From an uncultured bacterium (GTDB lineage Bacteria; Fidelibacterota; Marinisomatia; Marinisomatales; Marinisomataceae), in the NCBI GenBank assembly GCA_943841495.1, contig CALSYL010000003.1, positions 80,915-144,914 of the forward strand: 64,000 bases of DNA, in the 5' to 3' direction. The notes under the pieces are model-generated. The model was not told the origin of the DNA. It saw only the letters and a list, made by a program, of their open reading frames with translations, and did no database searches. The position numbers were made by a program, and so were the translations under genes. Below, in pieces: positions 1 through 11,284 of this stretch (position 1 is its first letter; every line of letters begins with the position of its first letter).

Positions 1-1029
1 TTTTTCTAAAAGCATTTCAGACATAGCAACTGTTTTTTTTGCATCATAAATCATTATAGGAACTATTGGATGAGAATCTCCCTTAACTTCGAATCCTATT
101 TCATGTATTTTTTTTCTAAAATAATGTGTGTTCTCATGTAATTTGGATATTAATCCATTATCATTATTAATTATTTCAAAAGCTTTTAAACATGCAACAA
201 CGAGTGCAGGAGCTAAGCTATTTGAAAAAAGATATGGTCTAGATCTTTGTCTTAAAATATTAATTATATTTGATGAGGCTGATACGAATCCACCAGAAGC
301 TCCTCCAAGTGCTTTCCCAAATGTAGAAGTAATAATATCAACTTGGTTTAACACATTATGATGTTCTCCACTTCCTTTACCATTTAAGCCTATAAAGCCT
401 GTTGCGTGACAATCATCTACCATAACTAGCGCATCATATTTTGCAGCTAATTTAACAATTTGGTCTATTGGAGCAATTGTTCCGTCCATACTAAACACTC
501 CATCTGTAGCAATCAATTTTATTCTTGCTGTACTTTCCTTTAGTTGATTTTCCAAATCAACCATATCACAATTTTTATATCTATATTTTTGTGCTTTACA
601 TAATCTAATTCCATCAATTATTGATGCATGATTTAATTCATCAGAAAAAACAGCATCTTCTTTATTTAAAATAGTTTCAAATAAACCGCCATTAGCATCA
701 AAACACGAAGAGTATAAAATAGTATCTTCCATATTTAAAAAATTGCTTACAGTTTCTTCAAGTTCTTTATGAATAGTTTGAGTTCCACAAATAAATCTGA
801 CAGATCCTAGCCCAAATCCCCATTGTTCTATTGCTGATATAGCTGCTTTTCTAATTTCAGAATTATTTGCAAGCCCTAAATAGTTATTTGCACAAAAGTT
901 TAAAACTTTCTTTCCTAAGACATTGATTTCATCTTCTTGGGCTGTTTCAATGATTCTTTCATTTTTATAGGTCCCTTGATTTTTTATTGTTTCAAGTTCT
1001 TTTTTTAATATCTGATCAATTTTTTTCAT
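1..1029 (-). CDS. kbl: 2-amino-3-ketobutyrate CoA ligase (glycine C-acetyltransferase), N-terminal ~343 codons; C-terminus lies outside the window
   Basis: My own minus-strand translation from the ATG at 1029..1027 gives MKKIDQILKKELETIKNQGTYKNERIIETAQEDEINVLGKKVLNFCANNYLGLANN... and later ...DDCHATGF...IITSTFGKALGGASGGF. This is the alpha-oxoamine synthase PLP-lysine region. The start overlaps the tdh stop (ATGA). The 128..361 + ORF is antisense to it. Confidence 0.75.
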   Translation of the reverse strand, partial: MKKIDQILKKELETIKNQGTYKNERIIETAQEDEINVLGKKVLNFCANNYLGLANNSEIRKAAISAIEQWGFGLGSVRFICGTQTIHKELEETVSNFLNMEDTILYSSCFDANGGLFETILNKEDAVFSDELNHASIIDGIRLCKAQKYRYKNCDMVDLENQLKESTARIKLIATDGVFSMDGTIAPIDQIVKLAAKYDALVMVDDCHATGFIGLNGKGSGEHHNVLNQVDIITSTFGKALGGASGGFVSASSNIINILRQRSRPYLFSNSLAPALVVACLKAFEIINNDNGLISKLHENTHYFRKKIHEIGFEVKGDSHPIVPIMIYDAKKTVAMSEMLLEK

Positions 1030-1988
1030 TTATCCATCATTTTATTAAGAATTTTTAAAATAAATGTTTCAACATTTTCAGAGCTAGAAAAATCCCATTT
1101 ATTTTTTGCTTCATCACAATTTAAACTTGAAGGCCATGTATCTGCAACAGATTGAAATTTAAAATCAATCTCATATTCAATTTTGAATTCACTGAACTTG
1201 CTTTGAATAAATTTATATAAGTCATTGATTGAAAAACTTGCCTCTTGAATGTTGAAAACTCTTAAAGCTGAATTTATTGTATCTATATTCATTAACTGAT
1301 TTATAGATGAAACTGTTTTATTAATACTTATAAAAGGTAATATGGTCTGTTCCGAAAGTTTGCATACGTATTGCTCATTATTTACAGCTGCATGAATCAT
1401 TTGAGGGGCATAATCTGTGGTTCCGCCATTAGGAACAGTGTCATTACTTATTACTCCTGGAAATCTTATTGATCTAAAATCAATACCATAATTTTTTGCG
1501 TCACTTTCTAAATGCTTTTTTGTTCCATATTGCTCAACTGCTAATTTATTAATTCCATATATGGTAGTTGGTTTAATTATATCAACTTCCGAAGCATTAT
1601 GAATTTTTCTAGGGCCATATACTGCAATAGAGCTTGGGAAAAAGAATTTTACTTTTAAATTATTTTTTATTCCGTGATCCATTGCACAATTAATTAGATT
1701 TTTTGATGCCTCTTCATTTATTTGTGTTGCTAATTCAGGATTGTTGGAAGCTGTTTGACTTAGTAATGCTGCAAAATGATATACTTCAGATATAATGTTA
1801 TTATCAAAAATTGATTGTATCAATTCTTTGTCTGAAATTGATCCTTGTATCAAATCAATATTATCATCTAGGATTGTTTTTTTGCTTAAATCTATTCCAA
1901 TAATTTTAGAATTTTTTTTGGCTAAAAAATCAAGAGTTTTGCTACCCAATTCTCCATTAAATCCTGTTATTAAAATTTTTGAATTCAC
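1026..1988 (-). CDS. tdh: NAD-dependent epimerase/dehydratase-fold L-threonine 3-dehydrogenase (inferred from coupling to kbl)
   Basis: N-terminal Rossmann motif ILITGFNGELGS and an extended-SDR catalytic YGINK (YxxxK). It is translationally coupled (ATGA) to kbl downstream, the classical threonine-to-glycine pair. Confidence 0.6.
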   Translation of the reverse strand: MNSKILITGFNGELGSKTLDFLAKKNSKIIGIDLSKKTILDDNIDLIQGSISDKELIQSIFDNNIISEVYHFAALLSQTASNNPELATQINEEASKNLINCAMDHGIKNNLKVKFFFPSSIAVYGPRKIHNASEVDIIKPTTIYGINKLAVEQYGTKKHLESDAKNYGIDFRSIRFPGVISNDTVPNGGTTDYAPQMIHAAVNNEQYVCKLSEQTILPFISINKTVSSINQLMNIDTINSALRVFNIQEASFSINDLYKFIQSKFSEFKIEYEIDFKFQSVADTWPSSLNCDEAKNKWDFSSSENVETFILKILNKMMDK

Positions 1989-2065
1989 ATTATAAGTTAA
2001 GTGATATAAAATGATTTTTTAAAAACTTTGTATTACCCTTTTAACCAATTAAATTTTTTAATCAA

Positions 2066-2830
2066 ATGCTAAAAATAATTTCAATAATAAATCAAAAGGG
2101 CGGTGTAGGAAAAACTACTACAGCTATTAATCTAGCTGCTAGTCTAGGAATTCTTGAAAAGAAAACATTGTTAATAGATTTTGACCCTCAAGCGAATGCA
2201 TCTACTGGATTAAATAATTTTGGGATTGAATCTGATTTGACTATTTACGATGCAATGATTGGCAACGAAAAAATGAAAGATATTATTTCTAGGACAAATA
2301 TTGAATACTTAGATTTTATTAAATCGGATACAAATTTAGTTGGTTGTGAAGTAGAGTTGGTATCTATTTCTAATAGGGAAAAACAGCTTTTGCAATTAAT
2401 TAATAGAATTAAAAAAAAATATGATTATATATTAATTGACTGTCCACCATCCTTAGGGCTTTTAACTTTAAATGCCTTGACTGCTTCAACGGATGTATTA
2501 ATTCCAATTCAAAGTGAATTTTTTGCGTTAGAAGGTTTAAAAAGTTTACAAGAAACTATAAAAATTGTGAAAGAAAACATTAATAATAAGCTTAACATAC
2601 TTGGTTTATTAATAACCATGCATACCAAAAGACTTAGGTTATCAAAAAAAGTTGAAGGTTTGTTAAAGACAAATTTTAAAAATAAATTATTTGATACAAA
2701 AATTAATAGAAATGTTAGGCTAGCAGAAGCTCCAGACGATGGAATGCCAGCAATAATGTATGATGTAAATTGTTCAGGAGCTAAAGACTATATGGATTTA
2801 GCATTGGAGATAGTTAATGGCAAAAAATAA
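2066..2830 (+). CDS. parA: Chromosome partitioning ATPase ParA/Soj
   Basis: Deviant Walker A KGGVGKTTTAINLAASL. It overlaps parB by 14 nt. Confidence 0.9.
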   Translation: MLKIISIINQKGGVGKTTTAINLAASLGILEKKTLLIDFDPQANASTGLNNFGIESDLTIYDAMIGNEKMKDIISRTNIEYLDFIKSDTNLVGCEVELVSISNREKQLLQLINRIKKKYDYILIDCPPSLGLLTLNALTASTDVLIPIQSEFFALEGLKSLQETIKIVKENINNKLNILGLLITMHTKRLRLSKKVEGLLKTNFKNKLFDTKINRNVRLAEAPDDGMPAIMYDVNCSGAKDYMDLALEIVNGKK

Positions 2831-3650
2831 AAATTTAGGTCAAGGATTAGGAGCTTTACTTACACCTTCAAAATCTAGCTTGGAGGATTTTACTCAAAGC
2901 AGCATTCTTATCAGTAAAATTAAACCAAACCCCAATCAACCCAGAAAAAATTTTGAAGATAAATCTTTAAAACAATTAGCACAATCAATTGAAGAAAAAG
3001 GGTTAATTAGTCCAATTACAGTTAAGCAAGTTGATAATAAATATATTATTGTTGCTGGAGAAAGAAGATATAGGGCACATAAGCTATTAAATAAGAAAAG
3101 AATTTTAGCATATGTTATCGATGCGGAATCTAATAAAGATATAATGTATATGGCGTTGATAGAGAACATTCAGCGAGAAGATCTTAATCCAATTGAAGAA
3201 GCAAAAGGATATAAATACTTACAAGATAATTTAGAATCTTCAATTACTGAAATTGCGAAAACAGTCGGAAAATCTAGGCCAGCAGTATCAAATGCCCTGA
3301 GGTTGCTTAAGCTTCCAAATGAAATCCAAGATAGTATATTAAAAGGAGAGATAAATGCAGGGCAAGCTAGGGCAATTTTACAGAACAAAACTTCTCAAGG
3401 CATGATTCAATTATGGAAAAAGCTTTTGACGGAAAAAATATCAGTCAGAAAAACAGAATCTTTAGTTGCAAAGAATAAAAAAATATCTCCGCAACTACAA
3501 GACATGCAAAGCTCTCTTTCAAGATTAATTGGAGAGAAAGTATTAATAATGCAAAATAGTAAAACTAAAAAAGGTTTTATAAAAATTAGCTTCGATAAAA
3601 AAACAGTTAGTAGAGTTATAGATAAGCTACAATCTATAAAACCTGATTAA
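2817..3650 (+). CDS. parB: Chromosome partitioning protein ParB/Spo0J
   Basis: ParB box GERRYRA, IENIQREDLNPIEEA and an HTH region ITEIAKTVGKSRPAVSNALRLLKLP. Confidence 0.9.
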   Translation: MAKNKNLGQGLGALLTPSKSSLEDFTQSSILISKIKPNPNQPRKNFEDKSLKQLAQSIEEKGLISPITVKQVDNKYIIVAGERRYRAHKLLNKKRILAYVIDAESNKDIMYMALIENIQREDLNPIEEAKGYKYLQDNLESSITEIAKTVGKSRPAVSNALRLLKLPNEIQDSILKGEINAGQARAILQNKTSQGMIQLWKKLLTEKISVRKTESLVAKNKKISPQLQDMQSSLSRLIGEKVLIMQNSKTKKGFIKISFDKKTVSRVIDKLQSIKPD

Positions 3651-3659
3651 CTTAATTCC

Positions 3660-4409
3660 ATGAAACTTAGTAAATATAAGATTTTATTTATTTCACCTTT
3701 TACGGATAAGAGTTGGCAAATTGAATTTACAAGATTCACTTTTATTGCCTCTTTATCAGCTTTAGCTGTATCGCTAATTCTTACATTAATTCTGTTATTT
3801 ATGTCTTCTCCGATTATCAAAGAATATTTCAGAATTTCTGCAATAAATAATGAAATTAAACAACAGCAAGAGATCATAAGTAATATTGATGAAACTATCG
3901 ATGAAATAGCACTCATGAAAACATACATAGATTCCATTATTGGAACAGAAGAGTCTCATAACCTAAATGAAAAAAATGTTAGATATATGATAACTAACAA
4001 TATTCCATCTGTAAAGCCTGCTAAAGGTTTAATTAGTAGAGAGTATGATATTGATACAAAACACTTTGGTATCGATATCGTGAATGAAGTTTCAACACCT
4101 ATCTTTTCCATTGCAGATGGCCTTGTTGTATTTAGTGATTTTTCAAAAGATTTTGGTAATTTTTTAATAATAGACCACCAGAACGGATATTTATCACACT
4201 ATTATCACAACGAAGATTTATTTTTTAGTAAAGGAGATAAAGTTTTAGCGGGAGATATCATTGCTAAAATGGGTAATACAGGAATGTCTTCAGGGCCACA
4301 TCTACATTTTGAAATTTGGAAAGATGGAACTCCTATCAATCCAAATACTTTTTTTGAAGATTTTAAATTAAAATCAGATAAATTAACTACTAATGAAGAT
4401 TCAAACTAA
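3660..4409 (+). CDS. Membrane-anchored M23 (LytM-type) metallopeptidase with coiled-coil linker
   Basis: N-terminal TM segment. M23 zinc motifs HFGIDIV (HxxxD) and GPHLHFEI (HxH). It overlaps the bactofilin gene by 17 nt. Confidence 0.85.
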   Translation: MKLSKYKILFISPFTDKSWQIEFTRFTFIASLSALAVSLILTLILLFMSSPIIKEYFRISAINNEIKQQQEIISNIDETIDEIALMKTYIDSIIGTEESHNLNEKNVRYMITNNIPSVKPAKGLISREYDIDTKHFGIDIVNEVSTPIFSIADGLVVFSDFSKDFGNFLIIDHQNGYLSHYYHNEDLFFSKGDKVLAGDIIAKMGNTGMSSGPHLHFEIWKDGTPINPNTFFEDFKLKSDKLTTNEDSN

Positions 4410-4737
4410 GCCAACAAATAGTCAGACTATAATTGCTGAAGATGTATCCATTGATGGAGATATGATTCTAAGCGGTAATGTTACTATTTATGGTGAAATA
4501 AGAGGTTCTGTACATACTAATGGAGCAATCCAGCTTGCTAAAAGTGGTAAAATATTTGGAGATGTGAAGGCATCTATGATTCAAATTAATGGCTTTATAG
4601 AAGGAGATGCCCAAATTAATGGTCCAGCAGAATTGTTGAAAGGTTGTGAGTTAGTTGGAAATTTACAATATAAAGTGCTTACTATTGAAGATGGAGCTCA
4701 ATTTTCGGGCAGATGCGATATAATCGTTGATGAGTGA
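4393..4737 (+). CDS. Bactofilin (DUF583, CcmA-like polymer-forming cytoskeletal protein)
   Basis: Repetitive beta-helix pattern IDGDMILSGNVTIYGEIRGSVHTNGAIQLAKSGKIFGDVKA...IEDGAQFSGRC, typical of bactofilins. Confidence 0.8.
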   Translation: MKIQTKPTNSQTIIAEDVSIDGDMILSGNVTIYGEIRGSVHTNGAIQLAKSGKIFGDVKASMIQINGFIEGDAQINGPAELLKGCELVGNLQYKVLTIEDGAQFSGRCDIIVDE

Positions 4738-4924
4738 TAAAAAACCTTTAAGTAGAATTCTTGCAGAGAGCTACTCAGTATATTTTGAATTCTTAGGCAT
4801 AATAATCTCTTGGCTTCTAATTGCTTTTTTCATTTTTAATGATTTTTGGAGAATTCTGATAATAATTATTGGTGTTTTTCATGCTTCTTATCGTGCATAC
4901 AATCATGTAAATAATAATAATTAA
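4727..4924 (+). CDS. Small two-TM membrane protein immediately upstream of atpB (possible AtpI/AtpZ-like accessory protein)
   Basis: 65 aa with two hydrophobic segments. The positional analogy to atpI/atpZ is the only functional evidence. Confidence 0.35.
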   Translation: MMSDKKPLSRILAESYSVYFEFLGIIISWLLIAFFIFNDFWRILIIIIGVFHASYRAYNHVNNNN

Positions 4925-4978
4925 GGATTACACTTTTTTTTCTGTTTTTCCTTGTACGTTTCTATTTATATTTCGGCG

Positions 4979-5950
4979 ATGTTTGTTGGTGAAAAAGTTG
5001 GAAAAGAATGGACAATGGATCAAGCCCCACAATATGCCATTGATCATGTCGCCAATAGTAAAAAAAATATTTTTGAATTTGAATTTCTTAATTCTCTATC
5101 CGAAAAAATCTCAAGTTTCTTTGGATTAACATCCGATTCTTTGTTTTATATTGATCTTGGAATTACTAAACATGTTTTTTTATTATTTTTTGTATCAACA
5201 ATTGTTGTAGCAACTTTAATTACATTTATTCAGGCATATATCTCCCACAAAAAAAATATCCCAAATAAGTTTATGAGTATCATTGAAATGTTTGTTATTT
5301 ATTTAAGAGATGATGTTTTAAAGAATTTTATTGGAGCAAAAGAATATAGAGATTGGGCTCCTCTAATTTATACAATATTTTTCTTCGTACTTTTCGGTAA
5401 TGTATTAGGATTAATTCCAATTTTTGACTTATCAGGTCTAATTGGTAAAATTGGATATCAAGCAGATATGTTAAGCAAGGATAATATTTTATATTTATTA
5501 TCCAAGGGCGGACATACAGTCACTGCTAATGTGAACGTTACTTTTGCTATTGCGACTATCACTTTTTTTGCATTTATTGGAGCAGGTATTCAAAAATATG
5601 GTTTTATTCAACATTGGAAAAACTTGGCACCTTCAGGATTGCCATGGCCACTATATTTTGTTGTAGTTCCAATTGAATTTATGGGTCTTTTTATACGTCC
5701 ATTAGCTTTAACGCTTAGGTTGGCTGGTAACATGATGGGCGGACATATTGCTTTAGTTATATTTATTACATTTATTTTCAGTGCTACTGCGGAACTAGGA
5801 GGACTTGCTGGTTTTGGTATTGCTCCTTTTTCAATTTCGCTTGCACTAGGATTGACTATGCTAGAATTGCTTGTTGCAGTTATACAAGCATATGTTTTTG
5901 CATTATTAACAGCCGTTTTTATTGGAATGGCTATACACGTAGATCACTAA
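4979..5950 (+). CDS. atpB: F-type ATP synthase Fo subunit a
   Basis: Multi-TM protein with the conserved stator arginine region LALTLRLAGNMMGGH. It is the first gene of the atp cluster. The start is uncertain: TTG 4952, ATG 4979 and ATG 5015 are all in frame. Confidence 0.85.
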   Translation: MFVGEKVGKEWTMDQAPQYAIDHVANSKKNIFEFEFLNSLSEKISSFFGLTSDSLFYIDLGITKHVFLLFFVSTIVVATLITFIQAYISHKKNIPNKFMSIIEMFVIYLRDDVLKNFIGAKEYRDWAPLIYTIFFFVLFGNVLGLIPIFDLSGLIGKIGYQADMLSKDNILYLLSKGGHTVTANVNVTFAIATITFFAFIGAGIQKYGFIQHWKNLAPSGLPWPLYFVVVPIEFMGLFIRPLALTLRLAGNMMGGHIALVIFITFIFSATAELGGLAGFGIAPFSISLALGLTMLELLVAVIQAYVFALLTAVFIGMAIHVDH

Positions 5951-5970
5951 CAAAAAAAAGGAGTCTCACT

Positions 5971-6153
5971 ATGGGAGCAGGGTTAGCAGTAATTGGTGCT
6001 GGAATTGGCATCGGATTAATTGGGTATGGAGTAGCACAGGCTATTGCAAGACAGCCTGAAGCAGCTGGAGAAATTAGATCACAAACATTTCTTTTAGCAA
6101 TTTTGGTTGAAGGTGCAGCAATTTTGCTTGGATTGTTATCATTAGTTCTGTAA
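5971..6153 (+). CDS. atpE: F-type ATP synthase Fo subunit c (60 aa, very short)
   Basis: Glycine-rich helix 1 GAGIGIGLIG, loop ARQPE and a helix 2 carboxylate in AILVEGAAIL. AGGAG lies 8 nt upstream of the ATG. Confidence 0.9.
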   Translation: MGAGLAVIGAGIGIGLIGYGVAQAIARQPEAAGEIRSQTFLLAILVEGAAILLGLLSLVL

Positions 6154-6171
6154 TCAAAATAAGGAAATAAT

Positions 6172-6678
6172 ATGAATCCATTATTAACGCCAGAACTAGG
6201 CACATATGTCTGGTCATTAGTTATTTTTATGACTGTACTTTTTGTATTAAGAAAGTATGCATGGAATCCTCTTCTTGACTTCCTAGAAGAAAGAGAGAAA
6301 GATATTGCAGAGTCTCTTAAAATGGCAGAAAGTGCAAAAACTGATTTAGAGCAAATTAAAGATGAATCAGAAAAAATACTTAACGAGGCAAAAAAGGAAG
6401 GTAAAGCAATTGTAGGTGACAGCAAGCAAAGAGCTGAAGAATCTGCAGCTAAGATTCTAAATGACGCAAAAGCTAAATCAAATGAATTTCTTGATGATGC
6501 TAAATCAAAAATAGAAATTGAAAAGACGCGTGCTATAAAGGAAATAAAAGAAGAGGTCATAGACCTTAGCTTAGAATTAGCTACAAAAGTTTTACAAAGA
6601 AATGTTAAGGATGATGATAATAGTAAATTTATTAAGTCATCATTAGAAGCAGTGAAAGTAGATGAAGCAAAATCTTAA
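6172..6678 (+). CDS. atpF: F-type ATP synthase Fo subunit b
   Basis: Single N-terminal TM followed by a long charged helix (EEREKDIAESLKMAESAKTDLEQ...). Position in the operon. Confidence 0.85.
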   Translation: MNPLLTPELGTYVWSLVIFMTVLFVLRKYAWNPLLDFLEEREKDIAESLKMAESAKTDLEQIKDESEKILNEAKKEGKAIVGDSKQRAEESAAKILNDAKAKSNEFLDDAKSKIEIEKTRAIKEIKEEVIDLSLELATKVLQRNVKDDDNSKFIKSSLEAVKVDEAKS

Positions 6679-7204
6679 AAAGATAAATATATACTCTAAT
6701 TTATTAAACGATGCTGTTAATACGTTTGACGATTTTAACAGCGTTAATAGTGGATTAGAAAATTTTTGTATTGCTCTTAAGAGGGATCTGGCTATTAATA
6801 CTTTCTTCAAATCAAAGACTGTTGAAGTTTTTGAAAAAATTAGTCTTTTTGAAAAAGCTGTTTCAAACTCAATGAATGAAATTTTAATTGAAGTATTAAA
6901 GGTAGTGATTGAAAATGATGATACAAATCTTATTCAAGATGTATCTAAACATTTTACTTTATTATCCAAAAAGAAATTAAATATAGCATTTGTTGAAGTA
7001 GTATCATCTCATGAAATGGACAGTAAGCAAAAAGATGATATCAGCAATTCTTTAAGTGAGTTAGTTAATAAAAAAATCAATATTGATTTTAATGTTGATA
7101 AAAATTTAATTGGCGGACTTAAAATTAAAGTAGACGATACACTATATGATAGTAGTCTGCAAACAAAATTAGAAAACGCAAAATCAAAATTAGTAGGGGT
7201 GTAA
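6662..7204 (+). CDS. atpH: F-type ATP synthase F1 subunit delta (OSCP)
   Basis: Located between atpF and atpA. The C-terminal motif LIGGLKIKVDDTLYDSSLQTKL is typical of delta/OSCP. Confidence 0.8.
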   Translation: MKQNLKKINIYSNLLNDAVNTFDDFNSVNSGLENFCIALKRDLAINTFFKSKTVEVFEKISLFEKAVSNSMNEILIEVLKVVIENDDTNLIQDVSKHFTLLSKKKLNIAFVEVVSSHEMDSKQKDDISNSLSELVNKKINIDFNVDKNLIGGLKIKVDDTLYDSSLQTKLENAKSKLVGV

Positions 7205-8722
7205 ATGGATATTAAAACAAATGAAATTGGAGATTTGTTAAGAAGTCAAATCAAAAATATCAATGAAAGCGTTGATGTTAATGAAGTTGGCGAAGTTTTA
7301 GAGATTGGTGACGGTGTTGCTAGAACAAGTGGACTAGGAAGTGTCATGAGTTCTGAGCTTGTAGAATTTCCGAACAATGTTTTTGGAATGGCTTTAAATC
7401 TTGAAGAAGAAAATGTTGGGGCTGTATTGTTTGGAGACAGTAGTCTTGTAAAAGAAGGTGACATTGTCAAAAGAACTGGAAAAGTTGTTGAAGTTCCAGT
7501 TGGAAAAGAGCTTTTAGGTCGAGTTGTTGATCCTTTAGGTCAGCCAATGGATGGAAAAGGTCCTATCAATGCAAAAGAAACATTGCCAATTGAGCGAAAA
7601 GCTTTAGGTGTAATGCAAAGATTTCCAGTAAAAGAACCCCTACAAACTGGACTTAAATCTATTGATAGTATGATTCCAATTGGTAGAGGTCAAAGAGAAT
7701 TAATCATTGGCGATAGACAAACAGGAAAGTCTGCTATTGCCATTGATGCAATTATAAATCAAAAACTAACCCACACTTCCGATAGTCCAGTTTACTGTGT
7801 TTATGTAGCAATTGGACAGAAGGCATCTACTGTTGCAAAATTAGTTGCAGAGCTTGAAGCCAATGGAGCAATGGAGTATACAACAGTAGTTGTTGCAAAT
7901 GCTTCAGATCCAGCTCCTTTACAATATATAGCACCATATTCAGGATGTGCTATGGGAGAATATTATAGAGATAATGGTATGCATGGATTAATTGTTTATG
8001 ATGATTTATCTAAACAGGCAACAGCATATAGACAAATGTCCCTTGTTTTAAGAAGGCCTCCAGGAAGAGAAGCTTTCCCAGGAGATGTATTCTATTTACA
8101 TAGTAGATTATTAGAAAGATCGTCTAAACTATCTAAGGATTTAGGTTCAGGTTCTTTAACAGCTCTTCCGGTAATTGAAACACAAGAAGGAGATGTATCT
8201 GCATATATTCCTACAAATGTTATTTCAATTACAGATGGCCAAATTTACTTGGATACCAACCTATTTAATGGGGGTGTAAGACCTGCTGTTGATGTTGGAT
8301 TGTCAGTTTCAAGAGTTGGTGGAAGTGCACAAATTAAAGCAATGAAAAAAATTGCAGGTAAGTTAAGATTGGATTTAGCTCAGTTTAGAGAGCTTGAAGC
8401 ATTTGCAAAGTTCGCTTCTGATTTAGATGAGTCAACTGCAGCTCAAATTACTAGAGGAAGAAGAATGGTAGAAATTCTTAAACAAAATCAATATGTACCA
8501 ATGACGACTGAAAAACAAGTTGCAATTATTTACGCAGCTAGCCAAGGTTATCTTGATGATGTTGAGTTGGATTCAGTAAAAGAATTTGAAGTAGGACTGT
8601 TGGAACATTTTGATGCAAAACATTCAGAATGTTTAGCTGAAATTAGTAGCTCTGGAGACATTTCTGATGACTTAGGAAAGAAAATGAATAACGCAATCGA
8701 GGAATTTAAAAAGAGTTTCTAG
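7205..8722 (+). CDS. atpA: F-type ATP synthase F1 subunit alpha
   Basis: Walker [14 protein letters not shown], plus [20 protein letters not shown] and ITDGQIYL. Confidence 0.97.
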   Translation: MDIKTNEIGDLLRSQIKNINESVDVNEVGEVLEIGDGVARTSGLGSVMSSELVEFPNNVFGMALNLEEENVGAVLFGDSSLVKEGDIVKRTGKVVEVPVGKELLGRVVDPLGQPMDGKGPINAKETLPIERKALGVMQRFPVKEPLQTGLKSIDSMIPIGRGQRELIIGDRQTGKSAIAIDAIINQKLTHTSDSPVYCVYVAIGQKASTVAKLVAELEANGAMEYTTVVVANASDPAPLQYIAPYSGCAMGEYYRDNGMHGLIVYDDLSKQATAYRQMSLVLRRPPGREAFPGDVFYLHSRLLERSSKLSKDLGSGSLTALPVIETQEGDVSAYIPTNVISITDGQIYLDTNLFNGGVRPAVDVGLSVSRVGGSAQIKAMKKIAGKLRLDLAQFRELEAFAKFASDLDESTAAQITRGRRMVEILKQNQYVPMTTEKQVAIIYAASQGYLDDVELDSVKEFEVGLLEHFDAKHSECLAEISSSGDISDDLGKKMNNAIEEFKKSF

Positions 8723-8723
8723 G

Positions 8724-9581
8724 ATGGCTAATTTAAAAAATCTATCAGAAAGAATTAAGTCTGTAACTAGTATTCAGCAAGTAACAAAGGCAATGAAAAT
8801 GGTTGCTGCAGCTAAGGTAAAAAAGGCTCAAGATAAGATGGAAATTTCCAGACCTTATGCAAAAAATACGCAGGAACTTATCTGTAGAATATTACCTCAA
8901 ATCACTTCAACTGATATTTCATTAGTTGAAAAACGTAATGTCCAAAATGTTGGGATGATTATTGTTACTAGTGATAGAGGTTTTGCAGGTTCATTTAATT
9001 CTAGTGTCATTAGGTTGGCAGAAAAAGAAATAGAGAAAATTGGCAAAGATAAAGTTCAACTTTTTTGCTTGGGTAAAAAGGCATCTGAATATTTTTCAAA
9101 AAGAGATTATAATGTGAAAGAAACATTTTTTGACTTTTGGAAGGATATGAACTACGATACAGCATCTGATATTTCAAAAACTTTTATAAGTGCTTTTGAA
9201 AATCAGGACATAGATGAAGTTCATGTAATTTATAATAGATTTAAAACGTTGGCTTCTCAAGATTTGATAATGGAAAAAGTATTGCCTGTTGATTTTTCAG
9301 CAGATTATAATGTTACAAATTATAATTATGACTATGAACCAGGACAAAAAGAGATAGTTTCCACACTGATTCCAAAGCATATCAATGTTCAGATGTGGCA
9401 ACAACTTCTTGAGTCATATAGTAGCGAAGAAGCTGCAAGAATGATTGCTATGGACAATGCAACAGAGAATGCAAAAGAAATAATTAAAGAATTAAAACTA
9501 GAATTTAACAAAGCTCGTCAGGCCGCAATTACAACAGAAATGTTAGAAATTGTTGGTGGGGCAGAGGCATTAGTCGATTAA
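8724..9581 (+). CDS. atpG: F-type ATP synthase F1 subunit gamma
   Basis: N-terminal IKSVTSIQQVTKAMKMVAAAK and C-terminal ARQAAITTEMLEIVGGAEAL. Confidence 0.95.
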   Translation: MANLKNLSERIKSVTSIQQVTKAMKMVAAAKVKKAQDKMEISRPYAKNTQELICRILPQITSTDISLVEKRNVQNVGMIIVTSDRGFAGSFNSSVIRLAEKEIEKIGKDKVQLFCLGKKASEYFSKRDYNVKETFFDFWKDMNYDTASDISKTFISAFENQDIDEVHVIYNRFKTLASQDLIMEKVLPVDFSADYNVTNYNYDYEPGQKEIVSTLIPKHINVQMWQQLLESYSSEEAARMIAMDNATENAKEIIKELKLEFNKARQAAITTEMLEIVGGAEALVD

Positions 9582-10979
<1,398 letters not shown>

Positions 10980-10983
<4 letters not shown>

Positions 10984-11267
10984 AAAACTTTTTCAAACTA
11001 GAAATCATTACTCCAATCAAAACATTTAGTTTTGATAATGTTTCATATGTGAAATGTCCTGGAGTTGATGGATACTTTGGAATTATGAAAAATCATACCA
11101 ATTCTATAATCAATTTAACGGATGGAACTATATCCATCAAAACTGATAAAGATGAAGTAAGATTTTCATGCTCATACGGCATAGCCGATATTAATTCTGA
11201 TTCTTCTGATGACATTGAAGACAAAGTTCTTCTACTTGTTGAAAATGCAGAAGAATTAGAAAAATAA
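10980..11267 (+). CDS. atpC: F-type ATP synthase F1 subunit epsilon (short form, beta-sandwich only)
   Basis: The GTG start overlaps the atpD TGA (GTGA). The N-terminal [33 protein letters not shown] fits epsilon. At 95 aa it lacks the usual C-terminal helical hairpin. Confidence 0.8.
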
Positions 11268-11284
11268 TTATTAGATTGTTATAG

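Noticed and set aside
1989-3650. Looked for a parS site (TGTTNCACGTGAAACA-like palindrome) in and around parAB.
   Set aside because: Reading by eye, I found only unrelated CACGTG or ACGTGAAA fragments elsewhere (e.g. ~10633 and ~36536) and nothing convincing near parAB. A proper pattern scan is needed, so no feature is reported.
5931-6560. 209-aa minus-strand ORF covering atpE and atpF. Similar long antisense ORFs lie at 53493..53807, 44172..44516, 31783..32148, 128..361 and 3647..3937.
   Set aside because: Each lies entirely antisense to a gene with strong motif support. Their translations are low-complexity Ser/Leu/Ile/Phe-rich strings, as expected from the complement of AT-rich, Lys/Glu/Asn-rich coding sequence. 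None has an RBS or a recognisable motif.
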